A stretch of 57,812 nt of DNA, counting the filler, from Squatina squatina (Eukaryota): NCBI GenBank assembly GCA_031763465.1. It is 4 parts of 4 records of this genome, joined end to end, with 100 filler letters (N's around TTAATTAATTAA, not from the genome) between each part and the next. Parts side by side here need not be neighbours in the genome. Positions count along the whole stretch, not along the records: positions 45,051 to 57,812 come from JARFOE010000046.1; 3 more parts are not named here. One strand, given 5' to 3'. Position 1 is the first letter of the stretch, and every line of letters starts with the position of its first letter. Below the pieces are notes generated by a model. That model did not search any database and was not told the origin of the DNA. It worked only from the letters and a program-made list of their open reading frames with translations. The position numbers and the translations under genes are program-made. Positions 50,047-57,812 of this stretch are shown here, one piece after another.

Positions 50047-52022
50047 NNNNNNNNNNNNNNNNNNNNNNNNNNNNNNNNNNNNNNNNNNNNNNNNNNNNNN
50101 NNNNNNNNNNNNNNNNNNNNNNNNNNNNNNNNNNNNNNNNNNNNNNTGTTGGCTTGCGTCTCTGTACCACATATTTAAATTGTGTAGAGATAACAAATGA
50201 GCTTTAAAAACTACAGTGTTATAATTGCGTCCTTTGTTGGAAATCCCTGGTGGAGATTAAATTTACCAGCGACTCCCTGTTCGGTGTGTAGCTCTCTGTG
50301 TGGGGGGCTAACCTGCCCATTACCACTCTGTGGCATGACACTGCACAGCACACTGTCATCTTGGCAAGAGGAAGGTTGGCATAATTTTCAGCTGCAGAAT
50401 ATTCCCGGGGTATGGGTTTGATGGGCACTGTACACAGAAGAATGTTTCAGTCACGCTTCTGCGGAGGACACAGTGACCGAGTGCTGCTGTCCTGTATGGT
50501 GATTGCTGCAGAGAGCAAAGGATGAAATATGTAATCAGTCTATGTAGTGTAGATTTGGATGTTTCTCAGCCTGTGGTGAAGAAATATGAATGTACATTTG
50601 CTGAACACTTCGTATTGACTAGAAATTACATATAGGTCATCAATTGTTAAAAATCATTAATGACAAGCCCATTGATGCTGATGTCTAACAGAGTAGTATC
50701 TGCAATCTGTTAAAGTGCTGGCTGCAGATCAACCAATAAACCAGCAAACCAGAACTAAAATGTCTTAATGATCCATCAGCTATTTCTATTTAAATATATT
50801 GCAAATCAATTGATGCCGAAGAAAATTCCCCCTCCTATAAAGATATGCCCTCATTAACCATCTTGATAGATTGGTGTCAACTGTAATACAGTTAACCAAT
50901 AACATACATGTGTGTATAGTACCAGGAAATCGAACTTAGGCCAACAATTATTGACCATTATGTCTTTAGAGGACCAATTTAGAATGAGTGGGATTGAAGT
51001 AGATTAGACTTGTTAAGCATGAAAAATAAGTTTATAAATAATTGTTAAAAGACACCATTCACAAAATTGTCTTCACTTTAAAGGCTGACAGAAAAAAAAC
51101 AACTAGCATAGCCAAAATGGCTGCCAGAGGAAACATTTCTTCACAGTACCATCAATATTGAGCAATCGCAGGGTATGTTACATTAGGCAAGTATGTGATG
51201 TTAAGTAATATAATGGTAGTGATACATGGTTCCAAATATCTGTCCAGTATCACCGATGATATGGGTGTCAGGTTTATCGCATGNNNNNNNNNNNNNNNNN
51301 NNNNNNNNNNNNNNNNNNNNNNNNNNNNNNNNNNNNNNNNNNNNNNNNNNNNNNNNNNNNNNNNNNNNNNNNNNNNNNNNNNNTTTTCACAGAGGCTCTT
51401 ATCTTGCTGATGACAGTCCAGATACTGTAATTTAAATTGTCCTTGGAGTTAATGAGATGGGTCCTCCTCCCCCACCCCTCTATCAGCATTGTTCATGAGG
51501 CAGTGCCCTTTCTGTTAATCTGCATGGGATAAACAGTGAAGCCTCCTGGACAAAACCATGACCTTATATTCGTATTCAGCATATTTCTGGTAACACATAA
51601 CACAGATGAAGGGTAACTGAAATCTCTGTAACACAGATTTGGTTCTAAACTATGGGCTGCATTGTGTAACATTTTATGCAGGCTAATTCATTTGTGTATC
51701 GACGCTTGTCAAATTTATCTCCTCCATAGGAGTAGCTGATAGATTGTAATTTTTGACTTGGATTGGGAATGGTGCACTCAGGCAGCTGATAAAGGAAGAT
51801 GGGCATGCAATACTCTGTGGGGTGTCAGCTCCATAAAACTGAGCAGTGGTTGGCAGAGGAATTAAGGAATTCAGGGAAAAGATTGGGTCCTACCTTCCTC
51901 ACCTGTTTTTTTTCTGGTTTACAATGCAGGAACAGAATAAATTGCAATATTAAAAACTGAACAGTTCCAGGCATTGCACAAGAATTTTTTTCCACTCCTC
52001 CAATGACCTCCCATTCTCTCCT

Positions 52023-52311
52023 GTCAGCTGTGGTTCAGCAGGTAGCACACTCGCCTCTGAATCAGAAGGTTATGGGTTCACGTCCCATTCCAGGGACTTG
52101 AGCACATAAAACTCAGGCTGACATTCCAGTGCAGTACTGAGGGAGCGCTGCTCTGTCGGAGGTGCCATCTTTTGGATGTGATGTTAAACCGAGGCCCTGT
52201 CTGCTCTCTCAGGTGGACATAAGAGGTCCTATGGCACTATTTCGAAGATGATTAGGGGAATTACCCCTGGTGTCCTGGCTAATATTTATCCCTCAATCAA
52301 CATAACAAAAG
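52023..52311 (+). mobile_element. tRNA-derived Deu-domain SINE, 3' part lost in gap
   Basis: tRNA-like head (tggttcagcagg, gttcacgtccc) and Deu core ggtgccatctttggatgtgatgttaaaccgaggccc...tggcactatttcgaaga...tgtcctggc; aligns with 45321-45683. Confidence 0.9.
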
Positions 52312-52539
52312 NNNNNNNNNNNNNNNNNNNNNNNNNNNNNNNNNNNNNNNNNNNNNNNNNNNNNNNNNNNNNNNNNNNNNNNNNNNNNNNNNNNNNNNNN
52401 NNNNNNNNNNNCAGCAAGAGTCAGCATGTGCAGGAAAGGAGGACAGAAAAGAGGGAGGGTCGGAGAGGGTTAGAAGAATCAAGGCCAAACTGATAAGATG
52501 AAAGTCTCCTCTCTCTATAAAGATCCTACATGAATGGTA

Positions 52540-52597
52540 TGGAGTCGATGGGCCGAATGGCCTTCTTCTGTGGTGTCACCATTCTATGATTCTATGA
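52540..52597 (+). mobile_element. Short CR1-type 3' tail
   Basis: gatgggccgaatggccttcttctgtg...attctatgattctatga with the ATTCTATG terminal repeat. Confidence 0.8.
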
Positions 52598-55500
52598 ATT
52601 GAGTTTTGCCAGAACTACAGCAGGTAAATATATAAATCATCAATGTTACAAATTAGGGAAATAGAAAAATTCACACTGATCCATAAAAGGTTGTTCTTGT
52701 TGAGCTGGATCAGAGGACATGGTGTTTGTGGAAAAGTGTATGGGAAGCCTGTTTTATGACTATGTAACTCGCATTGATCACATTATTATGTCACTTGGCT
52801 GGGATGTCATTATAATGTAAATGACACCCGCCACTTCTGGTGCCTCTCCCTCTGCAAAAAAAAACAGCCTTCCCAAACCTTTAAGAAACATTATTGGGCA
52901 GAATAGAGGAAGCTTTCTATGTCAAAACTGAGGGCAGAAAGTAGAAAAGCCTTCCATTTCCCACAGCCTTGAGCATAATAAAAACACTGTGCAAAGGGGG
53001 GAAAAACACAATAAACTAAACACGTGTAAATAGAATATATTAGTGCATAAATCACATTCGTCAACCAGTTCTCTCAACTTGACAGCTTAGACTAATGTAA
53101 TCTTTCTGTGTGGGTAGGACCACCATATAATGAGTAATGGTAAAAATCAAATCAAACAGAGCATAAAATTAGGCACATATTTTAAACAAAATAGGCAGAA
53201 GCTCCTTCTAATTAACCTCATTGCTGATTCAGTGGGAGTACAGGTCACCCTCATTCGTATATCATCAAACAGCCATACTATCTTACAGTCACCAGGCACT
53301 GCTGCCTGCAGGTCCCATATTGGACTTGTTCTCGTTTCTTCAGACTCAAGCAATCGACGTAGCTTAGAGAAAAATACAGGAAGAAAGACTTACTTTGTCT
53401 GCCTTTAAGTAGATTGCTGATCTTCACCGATTGCACTTCAATATTTCTGAAAAAAATGGCTATATCTCCCAGTGATTTGTAAAGAGACCGCTTCTACTGG
53501 TTTTTATTTTGAAAAAGGAAGACTGCAGTTCAAGTTATTTGGAAGAAAAGATAATCTGGCTAACTGTTGACCTGCGGATTATAGACGCTGACATTCACAG
53601 TTATGATATTGCTGTCTTCATGCACTAGCCCTGGATGGTTAGAGTACTGAACTGAATGTGTTAAAGATTTACCAATTAATTACTGTACTTAATCGCTACA
53701 ACTGTAATCAAACATCATGTTGAGGGTTTGTATGAGTCATTATTTATGATCTTTTTTGACACTGATGTCTGTCTTTGCTATGTGCGGGTCAGTTTTCAGC
53801 TGATTCCAATAGATGTATCAATATTATTTATCCCAATCACTTCAGGCTGCCATTATTAATCTTTACAATCCTCTTTACCTCGCTGGTTCATATCAAGCCA
53901 TTGTACCTACTTCAAAATTGTCCTTAGTGGGAAGATTAGATCAGTCTGAGGCTATGGCAGAAGCAAATGAAAGGTACTTTTTTTTTAAATCTGCCAGTTG
54001 CAGCCTTTACTTTTCTCTGGCCAATATTGATCACTTTCAGAGGTTCCAAGGCCATTAATATGATCCTACACATGCTCCCTAACTGGAGACACCTTCAAGA
54101 TGGCAGACACTTGGGGGCTCAGCTGGCACGTTTGGCGGCGGGACGGGTGGGAAATTTTGTTTTCTGATAGCGGGTCGGGAACCCGCTGTTATCCTGCCGC
54201 CACTCTACTTTCCCAGATGTCAGGGCTGAATAGACCCAACACGCAGCAGTGGGGAGGCAATTTAGGTCAATATAACCTTGTTAACAGCCCATTAAANNNN
54301 NNNNNNNNNNNNNNNNNNNNNNNNNNNNNNNNNNNNNNNNNNNNNNNNNNNNNNNNNNNNNNNNNNNNNNNNNNNNNNNNNNNNNNNNNNNNNNNNATGG
54401 AGTCTCTCGGCTGGAAACAGGCAGTAAAAGCAGGGAATTAAAAATCCTAGGACTGCTGTTCAGACATATATCTCTTTGAAATGGAGGTAGGCTTCTTTGA
54501 AGAACAAATAGTTCCTTTCTCAATAGTAAGATAATCAGAGTATTCATCATTTATATGACTCAAGAGTAGCTAAGGTGTGTCACAGTGTCTTGTTTGTTGT
54601 TCATGACACCTGGCCAAGGCCTAAAACATGCAGACTGTAAATTTGACTGGCGTGAACCTCCTTTGATGGTTCATCAATCAAAGGTAATGAGTTTGGTCTT
54701 CTTCCCCAGCTGGCAGCTTTGCATACATTAACATTTCAAGGACAAGAAGTTGTTTCTGGTGTAATTAGCTTATAAATGTGGTTTAATTAACTTATAAATA
54801 CTGTCAAAAATGTCACTGGAGGAACCAGCCAGCTTGGATATGGAGATGGAGATGTTTCTATATATGTTAGTACATTGTTTAAGCCAGCTATCAATACAAA
54901 GCTCCTTTAAAAAAAAGTTACCCTGAAGCCAATCTTTAAGTTACATGAGTCTAATTTTCTAAGTAACATCAACAAAAGTAAGTAGTACAGAAATGTTTGA
55001 AGCATCATGAAGCTCTGTTTCTGTCGACCTGTCTACTAAAATTAGTAATCACAGGAAAATGTACCCCAAAAACTTAACTCTTCCAATTTTGTACATGATA
55101 ATAATAGGGGAGNNNNNNNNNNNNNNNNNNNNNNNNNNNNNNNNNNNNNNNNNNNNNNNNNNNNNNNNNNNNNNNNNNNNNNNNNNNNNNNNNNNNNNNN
55201 NNNNNNNNNNNNGTTGAGTAATGTCGCAGTGGCAGCAGGAGGTTCCTGTGGCTAGGATGGATACAATGCCAGTTTATGCCGCTTTAGCACAGCTCCTCTT
55301 GCAGACCAAATATTTGCACATAGTGTACCTGGAATGGGACTTGAGAGAAACTAAAAAGCCTAAACTGCCCAAATGCAACTATTTCACGACTGTCTGATTT
55401 TAAATTATCGTGATGGGAGGGTTGTCTTTCAGCAACGTAAATTCAATGAGAAGATCGTAACCGGATTTCATGTAGGTTTGACTGGCAGTGTCCATGAGTT

Positions 55501-56699
55501 CCACTTAGGTGGATACCTCAAACCTGGGGTACTGGTGTGCCAGCTCCAATGAAACACATGGATATAGAATAGTAGGTGAAGCAGACACCCAGTCAGTGTA
55601 GTAAATGCTGTGTTGAATAATTCCTTTAGAAAACAATTGATAAATGTCTGGTTGGGAATAAAATTGAAGTTTATAGGAACAATTCTAGGTATAGATAACC
55701 AAATATGCTAAAGGATATGAGAGTGATTTTTGTTTTGGTGCAGGCACCAAAACAGTGCAACTGTACTACAGCAAGCATTACGTTCCCTGTTTTTGCTATG
55801 TGTCAACTTCACTGAATTTTCTTTGGTTGCCCTGTTCCATTTATGCAGTTGGGCACTGAAACCATACTGGGGCTCACACTCGGAGTTTGTAGGAGAGTGG
55901 GTGTGGGGCAGCAAATCACATTGTGGGAAAATTAAATGGAAGTAGCCACTTAAAGATAAATGGCAGATTATTTTAAATTGGAAAAACCTTTTTGCCTTTC
56001 TGCCCCAGACATCGGGAAAGTCTTTATGAAGGCTGTATGGGTAATAAAAACAAAAGGCTGGCAATGGAGTCTCTGGGCAAGTTTTAGAGCAGTGCAGCCT
56101 CGGACCTCCAGCTTGATGGCTGGTTAAGTGGATGAGCTGTATGGCGTAGGCATGACAAGGTTCTGGTTGCTTTTCCTGGATACTCTCTCCAAAGGACAGC
56201 ACTGTAAAATGGCTGGCAGGAGTTGATCAAGAAACAGAAGCAGAAGAAGATGGGAAGACCTTAGGGAAGCTGCCAAGGTAAGCCTACCCACAGTGCCAGA
56301 TACCTGGCTCAACTATGCCCGGTAAAAGGAGCTGCAGACAACCTGTTGCACATTTATTGCCCTTTTTCTATACTTTGAGAAATGCAGAAATAAAATTACT
56401 GATATCCAGCTCCCCCAAACAGGTGTGCAGCCAATGAATCACGCTGGCTGCGTACCTGACTCATGATAATGAGTAGGCAGCACAAATGTTACGTGTTGCC
56501 TGGGACAACACGAAGAGGAGCATGAAGTACGAGCCTCTCCCCCTGCGTGCATGTTTTTGGGCTCAATCAAATGTCTAGGCCATGATTTCAATTCTCTTTT
56601 GTTATGTTAATGACAGAAACATGGACAGTGAATGAAATATCACAGGAAAGGCAATCATTTTCCAAAAGGCATAAATTGAATATCTTCATTCATCATGGA

Positions 56700-57100
56700 A
56701 ATCATAAAATTCTGGCACTCAAGGAGACCGTTCAGTCCATTGTGCCTGTGCCGATGACAGCTCTTCAACTCGAGCTGTCTACTCTAACCCCCTTATCACT
56801 CCCTTTTCCCCATATCTTTTATATTCTTCCTTTTCAAATATTTATCCACATCACTTTTAAATTATATTATAACCTCTGCCCGAATAACCACATTTGCAAA
56901 AGTATTCCATTTTCTACTAACTCTCTGTGAGAACAACTCTTCTAACTTCTCCCTTCCTTCCAATGATAATCCTGAGTGTGGCCCCTTGTTACTGAGTCAC
57001 CAACCAGTGGAAAGAATCTTTCAATATTTACCTTCTCAAAACCTTTCAGAATTTTGAAAACCTCGATTAGAACCTCTTGCAACTAAATATCCTCCTTTCA
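56700..57100 (-). mobile_element. Degenerate CR1 3' end
   Basis: Inverted tail (ccattgtgcctgtgccg, ttcaaatatttatcc) and ORF2 end (LIEVFKILKGF) running into a gap. Confidence 0.75.
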
Positions 57101-57812
57101 NNNNNNNNNNNNNNNNNNNNNNNNNNNNNNNNNNNNNNNNNNNNNNNNNNNNNNNNNNNNNNNNNNNNNNNNNNNNNNNNNNNNNNNNNNNNNNNNNNNN
57201 CAGGTTAGATATTAGTAAGTCCTTCAAATGCTTTCTGCAATTAAAACCAGTAATGTTAGTATGTTAGTAATCGTCAACCAAAGTCATTTAAAAACGCCCA
57301 TTTACTTTCTGGAATGTACTGATTCTTTTGGAAACAGTGCCTGCAAACTTATTTCTCACACCTTATGTTCCTTTCTCTGTCAAGCAATGTTTATGAATTA
57401 AAAATGTCACACAGTATCTGTCCTCTCTCCTTTGTCTCTTAATTTAAAAAAAATTCTCTCTCGTTAGTTTTGTCGCAGTAAGTCCTTTTAAACAGCTAAT
57501 TAACTTTTATTGTCCTTATGTACGTAAAGAGATTATTGGATTTCAATATCCAGTAGCCTCTTTGTCTTATTACTGCTGATTGTTTGGTCCATGACTGGCT
57601 TGGCAGCAATTAGAGTTTCCATGGGAACCGTGACGGCCACTGCAGAATATGAATGCTTTATTTTACTTGAATAAAACATGCAGCTTATCCACAATAGGTG
57701 TGCTGCACATAAATGGGGAATTCAATATATAGAAATAGAATTAAATCTTTGAGAAAATTAATTTTAACTAACTTTAGTCATTTACAATCATAATTAAATC
57801 CTATATGTAAAT

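Noticed and set aside
53147-53365. Second minus-strand exon candidate next to 53394-53446
   Set aside because: The implied intron would be under 30 nt and the peptide is unrecognised.

Overview
Vertebrate nuclear DNA, most likely a cartilaginous fish (shark) judging by its repeats: CR1/L2 LINEs, Deu-domain SINEs, Penelope-like termini and Harbinger-like elements. It is not prokaryotic and I found no CRISPR, operon, rRNA or tRNA gene. The window is a draft-assembly product: four blocks (1-15500, 15601-30522, 30623-44950, 45051-57812) joined by 100-nt N-TTAATTAATTAA-N linkers, each made of short contigs separated by mostly 100-N gaps that hide far more sequence. Reading splice sites on both strands gave isolated exons of six genes, several missed or masked by the ORF track: RBL2 and CHD9 (block 1, minus), CSMD3-like and INPP5A (block 2, plus), L3MBTL3 (minus) and TMEM244 (plus) (block 3). 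Block 4 has no coding sequence I recognise. Gene calls rest on recalled human protein sequences, not on a search. I found no convincing new biological system. The best leads are an apparently intact shark TMEM244 frame, a CHD7-like segment in CHD9, the CSMD3/INPP5A juxtaposition (probably a misjoin), a Harbinger-like element family and decayed hammerhead-like motifs.
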